This document shows positions 25,201 through 37,399 of a DNA stretch of 64,000 bases, piece after piece. Origin of the DNA: Guillardia theta CCMP2712 (Eukaryota; Protista; Cryptophyta). The stretch lies in the NCBI RefSeq assembly GCF_000315625.1, contig NW_005434666.1, positions 62,001-126,000 on the forward strand, in the 5' to 3' direction. The notes beneath the pieces are model-generated. The model saw only the letters and a list, made by a program, of their open reading frames with translations, did not search any database and was not told the DNA's origin. Each line of letters opens with the position of its first letter. The stretch's first letter is position 1. A program made the position numbers and the translations under genes.

Positions 25201-27232
25201 AGCAGGAGAGGAGGAGGTATGGAGATGAGGAGAATGGAGGAAAACGGGAAGTAGGAGGGAGGAAAAGGAGGAAAGGGAGGAAAGGGAGGGCGATGGAAGA
25301 GATCAGGAGGAGGGACGAGGAGACAGGTGGAGGAAGAGAGGGAGAGGGAGGAAGAAGAGGAAGAGGACAAGGGGAAGAGGGGGGAGGAAGGAGGAAGGAG
25401 CAGAGGTGTTCTCTCACATATTTGCAGGAGATCACATCTCTCTTGAGATACTCGACGAGGATCAGTCATCGAGCTTGCTGCGCATCTTCATCAAGGGGGG
25501 AAGTTTTCAAGTCAAAATGCCTACCCGTTGCTCCAGCTTGCGAGTCTGCGTGCAGATGTATAACGAGAATGATTGTTTGGTCGACTTCAAGAACCAGCAG
25601 GAGCTCGAGCTCCTCCTGCAGATGCACAAGCAGAGCAAGCAGATCACAAACATGATTGATGACAATCATGATTCTACTGCTGGAGAGGAGGAGGAGGAGG
25701 AGGAGGAGGAGGAGGAGGAGGAGGAGGAGGTCGAGGAGGTCGAGGATATCGATGACATGATTGCTCTGCAACAAGAAATCGCTATACAGCAGGTGATGCT
25801 GAATGCATGCCAAGGAAATGGGAAGGAAAGGGAACAACGACAGGGACAAGACAGGGCAGGAGATGAGAAAGAAAGAAAAAGAACTGGAGCAGGAGATGAA
25901 TGAAGGGGGGGAGGAAGAGCAGGAGGAGGAAGGTTTTCCATGTCATGACTGATTTCAATTTGCGCAAACAGGAAAAGAGTGAAAGGCTCTCTCGACAACT
26001 TCTTGAGTTTGACTACCAGATAGCAAGGACAAGGTGAGAGTTTAGAAAAGAATCTCAATCATGCCAGCAGAGCAATCTTCTGATCAGTTTTCTTCATTTC
26101 CTCCTCCTGCTCATGTTTCTCTTCCTTTTCCTCTTTGTCATCCTTTTCCTTTTTCTTTTCCTTTCCTCGTTATCTCCCTCTTCCACTTTCTTATCATCTT
26201 CTTCCCCCCCCTCCCCCTTTCCTCATCCTCCATTTCCCATCCCTTCCTCCTCCTCTGCTTCTACTTTCTCTCTGACCTCTCCCTCACCACCTCTCATCCA
26301 ACAGGTTCCGATCCACCGCAACCTTATCAAGGGGGAGACTCGCGCTTGACGAGCTTGTTGTAAAACCAATCACAGACGACATGCACGACAAGCAGGTTGA
26401 GAGCAAACGAGCAGCAGGTGACTTGTACCTATGCTGAACCCACGAGCGATCACATGATTGTCATATTCATTCAACTTGTCTCAATTTGTCATCTGCTCAA
26501 CCGTTTCTTCCTCTCCTCCTCTCCTCCTCTCCTGCTCTCCTCCTCCCCATTGCATCATCGTTTCCTTCCTCCTTCCCTCTCCCCTCCTCTTTCCCAGCTG
26601 CCAACTCACTGATTTCACTCCTCGCAGCGATTTCAAGGCGGCGGGCCGAGATCCTCAAAGGTCAAGGACTCATCGAGACCAAGTGAAGAACCAGTGACGA
26701 GACGACAAGNNNNNNNNNNNNNNNNNNNNNNNNNNNNNNNNNNNNNNNNNNNNNNNNNNNNNNNNNNNNNNNNNNNNNNNNNNNNNNNNNNNNNNNNNNN
26801 NNNNNNNNNCTCCTCCTCCTCCTCCTCCTCCTCCTCCTCCTCCTCCTCCTCCTCCTCTTCCTCTTCCTCCTCCTCCTCCTCCTCCTCCTCCTCCTTCTCC
26901 TCCTCCTCTTCCTCCTCCTCCTCTTCGTCCTCGTCCTCGTCCTCCTCTTCCTCTCCCTACATACCATCCCGCTGCTACTGCAATCTCTTACATCAAAGAA
27001 GCCTCCCGTCCTCCTCTCCGTACCTGCTCTCCTCCTACCCTGCTTTCCTCCTATCCTCCCAACTCCCTTTTCTCCTACCCCCCTATCCTCTTGTTCTAGC
27101 GCCGTCTCCTTCCATACATCGCTTCCCTCCCCTCCGCATGTCCAACCCCCCCCCTCCTTTTCTCTCACGCAGCCCCAGGTCTGGTCCAGCGCATCTCCTG
27201 CTGCACATTCCACATCCAACAGTTTTATATAA
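22232..27232 (+). CDS. BIR + C2 + IQ + C2 multidomain protein, multi-exon, spanning the gap at 26710-26809
   Basis: BIR: RLKTFKEGWP...LAKSGFEY...DSVVCSICQLKVSGWQEGDNPFFIHRYKSPSC (C-x2-C-x16-H-x6-C); C2-like SPTWNF..LEITLWD..YIGTVMISL; IQ-like AARILQAAWRRL; second C2 FRVFVVAARNLP; downstream exons approximate. Confidence 0.75.
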
Positions 27233-27237
27233 AGGTG

Positions 27238-28838
27238 TCACAAATCTCCGTGCTGCGATTCAGGCCCCCAGGTCTTCCTCCTCCTCCTCTCGCTCCACCC
27301 TCGCTTCCTCTGCTGTGCCCCCATCATCAGCGACACATCCGCGTCCTCCTCCTTCCCCCTCCTCTTCCCGCTCCTCTTCACTGCAATCTCCACCACGTCC
27401 TCCTCCCCTGTCCCCTCCTGCTCCTTCTCGCTGATCTCCTTCCTCCTCGCTGCCGCCCTTCGGCCCCGAGGGCCTCGGAGCCCCGCGACTTGTGAGGGAT
27501 GAACATCAGCCACATGCTCGACAGCACGAGACTCTCCAGCCCTCAACTTCTCCCTCGCTGCTTCCAGCGCAGACACCGGCTCCTCCTCCTCTCCCTTCCC
27601 CACCACCTCCTTCTCTCCCTCCTCTTCTTTGATGCGCAACCCGCTGCCCTCAATCCTTGCTATCAGCTCCGACTTCTTCCCACTCGTGCTCAGCCCCAGC
27701 TGGGTCAGTCGGTTTCTCAGCTCGCTGACTGTGAGCTTCTCGAGTCCCTGACTCTCTCGCTCCTCCAGCGACTCCCGCGCGCAGTGCGACAGGAACACCC
27801 GGGCTGGCGCAAACTTCACGTCTTGGCTGTGAGCTGGAGCTGGCTGGCAGGTGGGGCAGGCGTAGCAGGTCCGGCCCTTCATGTCCCAGCTTACAACCCT
27901 CGTCCCGCATCTCCCGCAGTCCTTAGCGTTGTAGATGTACCTTCGCATGCTCGGCCTCCCCAGCGCCTGCGCCTCCTTAGGGTCCACAGTGAGGATGCTT
28001 CCAGTGAGGAACCCGCGGCGGAGGAGGGAGACAGTCTCAGCCCAGATCCTGCTGAACGCTTCCTCCTCCAGGTCCCCGCAGAGTGTGTTGGGGTGGACTC
28101 CGGCCCGGAAGAGGATCTCAGCCCGGTAGATGTTCCCCGGGCCCGCGAAGAAGGACTGGTCCATGATGATTTCTCCAATGCTTCTGCCAGCAGCCCTCTT
28201 GCTCGAAACCTTGCTGAACAGCTCCTTCGGGTCCGCGTCGTCCCTCAGCGGGTCTTGCCCAAGGCTCTTCCTCTTTTCGTGGTAGTAGCTCTCGTCCTCG
28301 CAGCGCAGCGTCATGGCGGAAAGGTGGCTCACTAGCCCGCTCTCGTGCACCAGGCACAGCCTCGTGGTGGAGGTCACGGGTGGGACGTCCTCCTTGTTCT
28401 GATCGAAGATGCTCCACTGGCCGCTCATACCGAAGTGAACATGGAGGACGATGAAGTTGCCGGCGTCCTCGCCAAAGAAGGCGAAAAGGTTCTTCCCAAC
28501 AGCCTCTATCCTGTGATATTTCTTCCCGTCAATCGCCCTCGCTCCGTCAGCGAACCTGCCGTTGGGGCTGCTGGCACGGAAGACTTTCCCCACAAGTTTC
28601 TGCCTGTGAGCAGCAGCAACACGATGGACCGAGTGTCCTTCAACCATGACGGGGCGGGTGCAGTGAAAGAACCTGGCAAGCGCATGTCATTACAAGCCAT
28701 CACAGCCGTCAGCAACAACCTCCTTCCCGCCCTCACTGCGAAGCTACGCGGAAGCAGAAAGGACATATCGACTATACCATCAAGGGCCTGGAGAGAGCTG
28801 AGGAGGATAAGGACACAGAAGCGACATCTGGTCGCCAT
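27238..28838 (-). CDS. Fpg/Nei (endonuclease VIII-like) DNA glycosylase/AP lyase with zinc finger, SAP domain and putative presequence
   Basis: MVEGHSVHR (28647), AVGKNLF, HFGMSG, LGQDPL, H2TH MDQSFFAGPGNIYRAEILFRAGVHP, CGRC...CPTCQ, SAP LEKLTVSELRNRLTQLGLSTSGKKSELIARI; upstream exon joined via a 47-nt intron at 28673-28719. Confidence 0.92.
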
Positions 28839-30204
28839 AGAGGCTCAAATCCTTTGCACCCCTTCACTTCTCTCCTCCCTACAAATCTCCATACAAATCT
28901 CCTTCTGCTTCTGCTCGCTCCTGCCTCTGCTCCTGCCTCTGCTCCTGCAACTCCTGCTTTTGAGCCACCACCGTCACCACAAACAGATGGTAGAAAAGAG
29001 TTCAGATCGATCTTCCTTGAATCCACACGCGCTCCAGGATTGCACGCCGAACATTTTTACTTCTTTCCCTCTGCCGCGCAACATATCAATCCCTCCTCGT
29101 TCCTCCCTTCCATCATCACCCACTTTCTCTGCTCGATCCCTTCCTCATCAACTTGTGTTTCTTCCCTGCCTCTCCTCGCTCCTCCCCCTCTCTTCCTTCT
29201 TCCCTGCCATGCCGCTAAATCCTCTGCCGCCCGTAACGGTCCTTGTGTATCGGGCAACAAAGAAAAAAAACATTACACCGGTACTATAGTGTATGTTTGA
29301 TGCGATAAATGAGGGGTGGGGTGGTGAAATTTTGCAGGAAATCGCAATGGCACGGAGGACAAAATCGTTGTTGTCAGACAGATCCTGTTGTTGTCAGACA
29401 GATCCTTGCAATGCTTGTGATTGTCTGAGCAAAGCCATAAGATATGCTGAAGACAATCATCTTGTCGAATGCTCTTGCATAAGGAACTGTTTGGATTTGT
29501 TCCGCCATCCGCCGCAAGGCATCCACTTGCATGGACCTGTATGGACGCCATCGACTTGTATTGGTGGTTATCACGATGCTTGAGCTTAATCGATCGTTGT
29601 GCTTTGTAGATTATTTGTATAGCGTTGCAAACATATGAGCGATATCAACCGTTTGAGGTGGGTACGAGAGGGAAAAGGGAGGAAGCGAGGGAAGAGAGAA
29701 CAGGAAGGGGGAAGGGAGGAGAAAGAAGATGCCCGGATTGAGAGGGGACATGCAGGAGGGAGAGAGAAGGGGAGGGGAGGGGTCCCAAGAACCACAAGGT
29801 ATTCTGGAAGAAATTCCTACCAGGGATCGAGGTCTCAGCTTTGTGGATGCGCACTGAGTGCGAGGTCTAGAAGGAAGGGGAGGATCAGACTGATCACGAG
29901 CATGCAGAGCAGGAGTCGCAGGTCACCAGCCTGAAGCTGCTCCTCCTCCCAGCCATGGCGATATCCTCCTGCGCAAACTCCTCCGCCATTCTTTTGGTCG
30001 ACCAAAATATCGCCTGACAGCCGTACTGATTTTTAACTTAACTTTGAGTAAAAACCCTCTGAGCTTGACAGATTGTCAAACTCAAGGGTACCGGTGATTT
30101 TGCACTCAAAGGTACCGGTGCAAATGCCATCCATTGTGGTGCCCCCGTCCCCTGGGTGGCAGGGTTGACTCAAACATGGCCGAATGCAGCAAGAGGGTGA
30201 AGAA

Positions 30205-30245
30205 GACAAGACAAGACAAGACAAGACAAGACAAGACAAGACAAC
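30205..30245. repeat. (gacaa)n microsatellite
   Basis: Visible in the sequence. Confidence 0.9.
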
Positions 30246-30738
30246 TGACATGGAAGCAATGACAACTGATCAGATGATATACTGCTCTACAGGACATGTT
30301 TTCCAAAACGTTGAGTCGAGATGACGATAGTGGAATACATCCAGTCTGTGAAACTGTTGAGATAACCAGAATGAGCTGCAAACAGTAGATGGGTGTTAGT
30401 GATCAGGTTCTGGTGGTGGATCAGTGTAAGCTAGATTGCAAGTTCTTGTTGTGTACTCCTGAAAAACATTGAAAATGCTGCATGGTATGAAGCAGAACCC
30501 TGACCATGACTGTCTGACAGAAGCGAGGAAACAATCATGGAAGAGAAGATAGCCGAACACATCGAGAAATTGAAGAAACACTTTCAATACCTTGCGTATA
30601 GTGGAACAAAGAAGATCAAACGCTACAGGTGACCACCATTCGGCTCACATTTCGTATTATCAACACACTTGATTCGTCGCTCTCTCCTTCTTCTCCCCTC
30701 CCCTGCCTCTGACTTGTTCCTTCCACATAGACGAGCTG

Positions 30739-31045
30739 TTGGTTGGTATCTTCACCCGAAGGAAGGCTCAGGTCTACAGCGCCAGCATAGGAAGCGATGA
30801 TCATGAAAATGTGGCAGGATGGCGGGACAAAGCGCTGTACAGGTGGAACATGGCAGAGCTAGTGGACTTCTTCCGATCGGAGATCCGAGTATCATCAACA
30901 GTGATCCACAGGTCAACGACATGAAGAAGAAGGAGGCGAACAGTAGCAGCAGCAGCAGCAGCAGCGGGCAGAAAAGGCGGAGGAGCAGGAGCAGGAGCGG
31001 AAGCAGGAGCAGGAGCAGGAGCAAGGCAGATGCAGGAGTAGCAGC

Positions 31046-31086
<41 letters not shown>

Positions 31087-33039
31087 GAGTGCTGCTGACG
31101 CTTGGTGGCCCCAGGTTGGAGGAGTCGGAGATCGATGGGAGCATCATGGTTCTGAGATGACCTGCTGCGGGCCGAGACCGTGACTGGAGATCATGCAGGA
31201 GATGACGTTGAACTCTGACGATGGGGATGAGGCGCTCCAGAGGGCGCTCAAGGTCGAACCCCCTCCCCCACTCTTCTCTCCCCCACTCTTTCCTCCCTCT
31301 CCCTCCCTCTCTCCCTCCCTCCCTTCATTCATCTCCCTCCCTCCCTCCCTCCCTCCCTCCCTCCCTCCCTCCCTCCCTCCCTCCCTCCCTCCCTCCCTCC
31401 CTCCCTCCCTCCCTTCATCCATCCATCGATCCATGCGAATTTCCTTTCTTCTCTCTTCTGTTCCTCTCTCCTCCTCTCTCCCCATTCAATCACACTCATC
31501 TCCCTGCTTTACCTATTCTATTTCCTTCAATCGCTCAAATACTCATCTCTTTATTGTTCTTATGATTGAAATTGCTGTGCAGGTTGATGCGCTAGTTGTG
31601 AGAAAAATTCGTCGAAAGGTGATAAGAATTGCCTCCCTCCTCCCTCCTCGCTCCTCCCTCTTCCCTCCTCCCTCCTCCCTCCTCCCTCTTCCCTCCTCCC
31701 TCCTCCCTCCTCCATGCTCATTCTCTGCCTGTGTTCCAATTTGTCCTGTCCTCATCTCCATTCCTCCTCGCAGCTGGACGAGATGGGCAAGGATCATGGA
31801 CTCGAGCGACACAAAGACGAGCTGCGATATTTCTTTGATAAGGTCAAGACGAGCGTCTGACTTGCTCGACTGAGCTATCGCACAGATTGTTGTTGACAAG
31901 CAGGGAGGTACTCTGATCAAGTGCGAAGGGAAACTGCTAGAAGGGCTGGGTCAGAGCTCAGCAATTGTCTCAACTTGCTAGGTTTGACCGATGCGAGCAG
32001 GGGTTACAAGAGTAACGGAACTTCCTTTCCTCATTGACGAGCCTGGGTTCTTCGATTCATTGTAATGCAGGCGATGTTTGATTCGATTCCTGCGCCTCCT
32101 GTTGTCTCGCCGCTGCTGATGCTGAATGTTCGTGTTGCTTTTGCCTCTCATCGACGTGTGGCTTTCAAGTCGACTTGTCTCCTGCCGTTTCCTCCTTTCC
32201 TCTCTCTCCTGGCCCAATATCCTCACTCTCCCTTCCCCCTCAGAGGTCTCGACTTCACCGAGGAGGCGCGCCTCAAAGCGCAGATCCGATCAGTAGCCAA
32301 GGTGAGGAGGAGTTTGCTTCCTGAACCACTACTTCTCTGACGATCATGAGCAGGGAGTAGAGCGAGAAGGTGCGAGCATCGCACATCAAACGCTCTCTTT
32401 CATATTGTGCATGTTGAAGTCTCCGGCAGGGAAGCTCCTGCCACGGCATCTTAACCAGGGGATACCCAAGATCCGGCAGAAGAGAGAGGTCGGAGGAGGA
32501 AGAGCAAGGTTCAACCATGTGAACCTACGAACCCTGCCAGGTGGTGGAGAAAAAGAAGCTCAACTCTGCTATCAGAGCTGTCACTGAAGAGCTGGAGGTA
32601 TGGCCATGGCAATGATGACTGTGGGAGGGGAGAGGGGCGGGAGGAGGAAACTTTTGTCTGGGATCCAACGAGGAAGAGGAGCAGGGAAGGGCTGAGAGGC
32701 ATGTGCAAGGAGGGGACGGGAGCTTGCAAGGGGGATAGAAACGTTTGAGGTGAGTTGAAGCGCGTTTGACGCAGGAGAGCGAGGAGTTCTTCGAGGAGTC
32801 GGCGAAGGACGCGCTAGAGGCCGGGTATGTGGCAGGGGGAAGGGAGGATAGTGAGCTTGTCCATGACTTGATCGGAGAGGAGCTGAGTTCTGATCTCCCT
32901 TGCAACATCAATTCTACTTCTGATGCCTCCCCTTTGCCCCAGCGGGATTTTCACCCCGGAGCACAAGGTCTCCAAGGATCGGAAGTCCAAGGGAAAGGTG
33001 GGCAAATATCTCCACCTTTGGCTCCTGCTCCTCCTGCTG

Positions 33040-33077
<38 letters not shown>

Positions 33078-33741
33078 AAAATCCTCCTGTTCTTCCTCCT
33101 CCTCCTCCTCCTCCTCCTCTACCCAACCCTTTTTCATCTTCGCCGTCTTCCCCCTCTTCTTCACTTTGTCTGTCTTCCTTCCCTTCCTGCGCTACTTTTC
33201 CTGCTCATGGCGTCTGCAGAGCCTTAAGGTTGAGAAACCGAAGCCAGACAAGACCAACATCGCTGTTCTCAACCCCAAGTACAAGTCGGTCGGCATGTGG
33301 GAGGCAGTTGGGGCGACCAGGGGTGTACGAAAGAAGGTTATTGCCCCCTCCGCCTCCTCCTCCCGCCCTCCCTCCCTCCCCCCCCTTCCCTTCCATCATT
33401 TCCATCATCGTCGCCGCGATGAGGAGCACCAGCAGCAGCACAACTTCTACTGCGATCACCAACATTATCCCACCTGAGCATGTCTGCACTGATTCAAACT
33501 CAAACGCACTGATGCAGAAGTGTGTCGATTCTCGACCTCTCCCTACATGTTTCCACAGCTACTTCGAGCTTCTTGTCTGTGTCTGCTGCTCACTGTTTGC
33601 GTGTTCTAGTTGGCTCAGACCAAGCAGCTGCGGGACGAGAAGGAGGAGGAGGAGCGTGATGAGGGAGGGGAAGGAGACTTGTTCCAAGAGTCGAGCCAGC
33701 CAGGGAGAAGAACGGCTTCATCCGCTGTACCTGTGCCGTAG
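30739..33741 (+). CDS. multi-exon protein with N-terminal SAM-like domain
   Basis: Spliced LYRWNMAELVDFF...|LEESEIDGSIM|EMTL...ALK|VDALVVRKIRRK|LDEM resembles the SAM consensus; start and end approximate. Confidence 0.5.
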
Positions 33742-36246
33742 AGACTCCGGAGGCTCCTCCTCCATGATACTCGGGTTGGCTTGTAAATATTCTTTGATGG
33801 TTGTCTTCCTGTCCCACAGGAACGTGTTCACCAGGAAATCCTCTTTCACCTCCTCCCCTGCCCTCCAAATGTCACCATCACACCAGAATTTAACTCGCTC
33901 CTACCGGCCTTAGAGCAGGCGAGCACGCAGTGCCGTAAGTATACCCGACAAGGCAGGATCTCACCCTGTTGTATCCGTCAACCCTTCTACTCCGAAGCTA
34001 TCCTTCCTTGCCCCTTCCCCGTGCCCCCCTCCTCATGCACAGCATCTTTCCTTCTCATCCTTCTCATCCTTGTCCTGCTCCTCCTCTCCATCCTCCCCTC
34101 CTTGTCATTTGCTGCTCCATCCCTTCCTCGCTGACCTGCCAGTTCCAGATAGTGGAGAGTCCGTAGCTGCCGTACCTGAAGGCAAAATGAGTATGCCGTC
34201 CCCTTCCCTCTGATCCCTCCACCTTTCTACCCTTCTCTTCTCCTCGCTCTCCCCATCTCCTCTGGTCCCCTTCTCTTCCCCTCTCGTCCCCTTTCCTCCT
34301 CTACTCACTCCTCGCAAACTCTCACCTCCCACGTAGCCTAACTCCCTCTCTTCTTTCCTCTCCTCCCAGGAGCTTCCCTTCCTCGATCTTGACTTGATAC
34401 AACCAATCTTGCTATACGCTTCATCCATTCCCTGTCCTCTAAATCATCTCCACACCTTTCTTCAAAGTTCTTCCTCCCATGCTTAGCAATGTATTCATCG
34501 TCTGTTCCTGCGCTGCGTTGTGCTCATCTCACATCATAGCAGCTGCCAGGAAGCAACAAACCAGCACAGAAGCCCTTCCTGCACCTTCGACCCGTCGAGC
34601 TCCTGCCGCCCTCTGTCAGCTTCAACTCCCTCCCTACACATCCGCATGCCAACCTCAATCGGAGCCAGCGCAATGAAGAACTCCTCCTCCCGCTCGTGGT
34701 ATGCTTGCAGCTCCTCTGCCCGGTCGCCGTCACTCCCCGCCGTCTCCTCATGCTCTCACCTGACGGGATGTCGAACGCGGCGACAAGAAAGTTGCCATCG
34801 GGACAGGGCTAGAGTACACAAGAGCTCGTCACATTATGAACATCATATTCACCTCCACGTGCACAACAACATCTTCATCGTTGCGAGGGAGATTTCTCGC
34901 CACGTTCTTCCTCTCACCTCAACAGAGAGGCTTGCAAATTCACGTGTGTCTTTTCGTGCAATGTTCCTCTGAAAGAAAATGCTTGCCGGATGCCGCATAA
35001 CCCTCTTGTATCCTCGCAGACTGGGAACACGTTAGAACTATCGTCTCTATCTCCGTGTCTATCTCCATCTCTATCTCCATCATCCTACCCTCTTCCTCCC
35101 TTCTTGTTCCCCTTCGTCATCATTACTTTCTCATCACAATCGAAACTACCACCACAATAACACAATGACAATGACAATGACAATCACAATCACAATCACA
35201 ATCACAATCACAATCACAATCATTGATACACCCATCATCCTCCTCGTCTCGATCACCGCGCTAATCTGAAATTCTGGAGGTTAGGGAAGGAGGAGCGAGC
35301 CGACGCCTCGCTGAGCAGCGACCCGAACCCGATGATGGGCTGACGTGCCGCATCCTTGGAGAGCGTCAAACAAAAGTACGAGACGAACATCAGGGGATGA
35401 TATGGGGAGCAGAGCAACAGGAGAAGGGAGGAAGCAGGAGGAACGAAGGAGACGAGCGCGTGATAGCTGGTAAAAGTTTCTCACTGGCTTCTCCAATCCA
35501 TGGATAAGAAAATCAGTGATCTTTTCTTGCAGGAGCAACCGATTCTGCATACCCACCATGTAGCCCCTCCTTGCCTCCTCCTCACGTTCCTTCCCCAGTT
35601 TGCTCGCAAACATGTCGAGAAGTTTCATGAAACACTCTTCTCCCGTTCCAAACAGAAACTCGGGGTGACCTTGCAAGGTGAGAATATGATCCCCTATCCT
35701 CATCCCTTCACACCCGCACCACTCGCTCTTCCCCATCGACAGAGCTCCAGGAGGCATCTCACTGACGAAGTCACCGTGAGAGAACAGCAGCCCAAGTTTG
35801 TTGTTATCCATCTTCAACGTCTTCCTTCCTTCAGCGCTCAGATCAAACTCTCTCAACCCGAAGTAGAGGCCATTCCGATGCGCTTCTACCTTACCCCCGA
35901 GGGCCACGGCAACAATCTGGTGCCCAAAACAAATCCCGAGTATCTTCTTCTTCATCTGATGGAGAGCTCTGATGTACTGGCACAGATTTTCGATCCATGC
36001 TTCCCTGTCGTATGCTGAGCTGAGACTCCCTGAGATGATGAAGGCGTCGAAGTTCTCTGCCGGAGGAAGAACCAGTTCTCGCACTGCAAACTCCTCGATC
36101 GAGAATGGATCTCTGCTCTCCTCCCCCTGCTTTCCCTTGTCCCCTGCTAGCGTATGAGCAGAGAGGAGGAGAGGAACAATCATCCTTCCCACGTGCTCGC
36201 CGTAGGCGCCATCGTCACACCGCAGGACCGCAGTCCGAAGCACCAT
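33718..36246 (-). CDS. class I glutamine amidotransferase-like (gamma-glutamyl peptidase type) domain fused to a gamma-glutamylcyclotransferase-like domain
   Basis: GATase: IISGS, LGICFGHQ, SHGD, QGHPEF; after a phase-0 intron: IIGFGSLLSEASARSSFPNLQNFRLAR|LRGYKRVMRHPASIFFQRNIA..SLSVE|PC..EREEEF..|EILPCRVYLRHCVLA..|DFLVNTFLWDRKTTIKEYL..IMEEEPPESLRHRYSG*; splice phases consistent. Confidence 0.88.
35160..35225. repeat. intronic (caatga/caatca)n microsatellite
   Basis: Visible in the sequence. Confidence 0.9.
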
Positions 36247-36589
36247 GTTGACGCACAAGGGGACGCAAAGGAGGAGAGGAAAAAAAAGGTAAGAAAAATG
36301 CTAAGGACCGGTCCATGAACATGGAAAGGAGGGATGGGGTAGGGGTGGGTCAAATCTTGTAAAACTAAACAAAATTGTCGAGGTGTAAAGGACACGCTAG
36401 AAGAGGGGATGAAGGGGGTGATATAAGGAGCAGGGTATCTGCATAGCGAGGGGGGGGTGGGGTAGGTATGAACATACCCAAGTCAAAGTGGTGGGTACTA
36501 GTTAGACTCAGCTAGGGGTGGTATCTATATGAGGAGGGACTTGAGGGAGGTAGAGGACATCGACTTGGGGTGGGGTGGTACCACGTGCT

Positions 36590-37200
36590 ATGGTTTCGGT
36601 GCTTGATGAGCTCAGGGCGACGCTGGAGGCGATGAAGGCGCGAGGAGGAGCGGCAGGGGAACGAGTGCCAGCATCCACACAGAAGGCTGCAGAAGAGCTC
36701 CTCTCTTGCCTCAGGTATGCCCTTGCATGCCCTCTGGTTGCAAACAGTCTGCTCCTGTGAAGGGGAGCAGCGTCCTCTTGACTGTAAGCGTGAAGGTTGG
36801 CACCTTGTGGACTTTGTCCCAGTTCTTCGTTCATGTTTATGTGTCCTCGTCTTTGTTCGCGTGGGTGTTCTGTGCAATGATTCAGCGATGTGATGATCAG
36901 CATTGTTTTCATCCGCCATTTGCATGTGTTTGTGTATTGCCTGATTGTTTTGCCAAGGCGAGATGCAGGGCTGGTTCAGTCCCAGTCTTCAGGGCCAGCT
37001 ATTCACTATGGCATGAACTATGTTGATGGTGGAAATTCAAGCACCCGAGCGCACAACAGCACGGGCATCCTTCCATACAATGATGGGGGAGCAGGTTGTG
37101 CGAGAGGCCTGACGGTTCACTTTTGACTGGTCGCTGATTTGTGTTGCAGCGGCACATTACGCCAAGTTGAGAGCGGGAGGGTCCGGTCAGCATGCAGTTT
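36590..37200 (+). CDS. hypothetical protein (5' exon MVSVLDELRATLEAMKARGG...)
   Basis: ATG-led helical exon ending at a GT donor; remainder uncertain. Confidence 0.3.
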
Positions 37201-37399
37201 CCGCACCGAATGCTATGAGGGGGACAGAGGTCTACATGAAAGGAAGCAGCTGGTCCCAGCATTATTGAGGTTGTACGCTGGTCGCATGGGTTCAAGAGCG
37301 AATCTCGTTTTTAAACTTGTTTTTCTATTAGAGCACTTCACAGCAAACAATATGTATCTTCTAGTGTTCATCGGACAACACTGATGCGACAGTGCCATC

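Noticed and set aside
26662-27434. Poly-Ser/poly-Arg ORFs, and similar ORFs at 2056, 31193 and 58207
   Set aside because: Translations of intronic or intergenic microsatellites or N-gaps
27499-29289. Long plus-strand ORFs (278 and 314 aa)
   Set aside because: Antisense shadows of the GC-rich Nei gene
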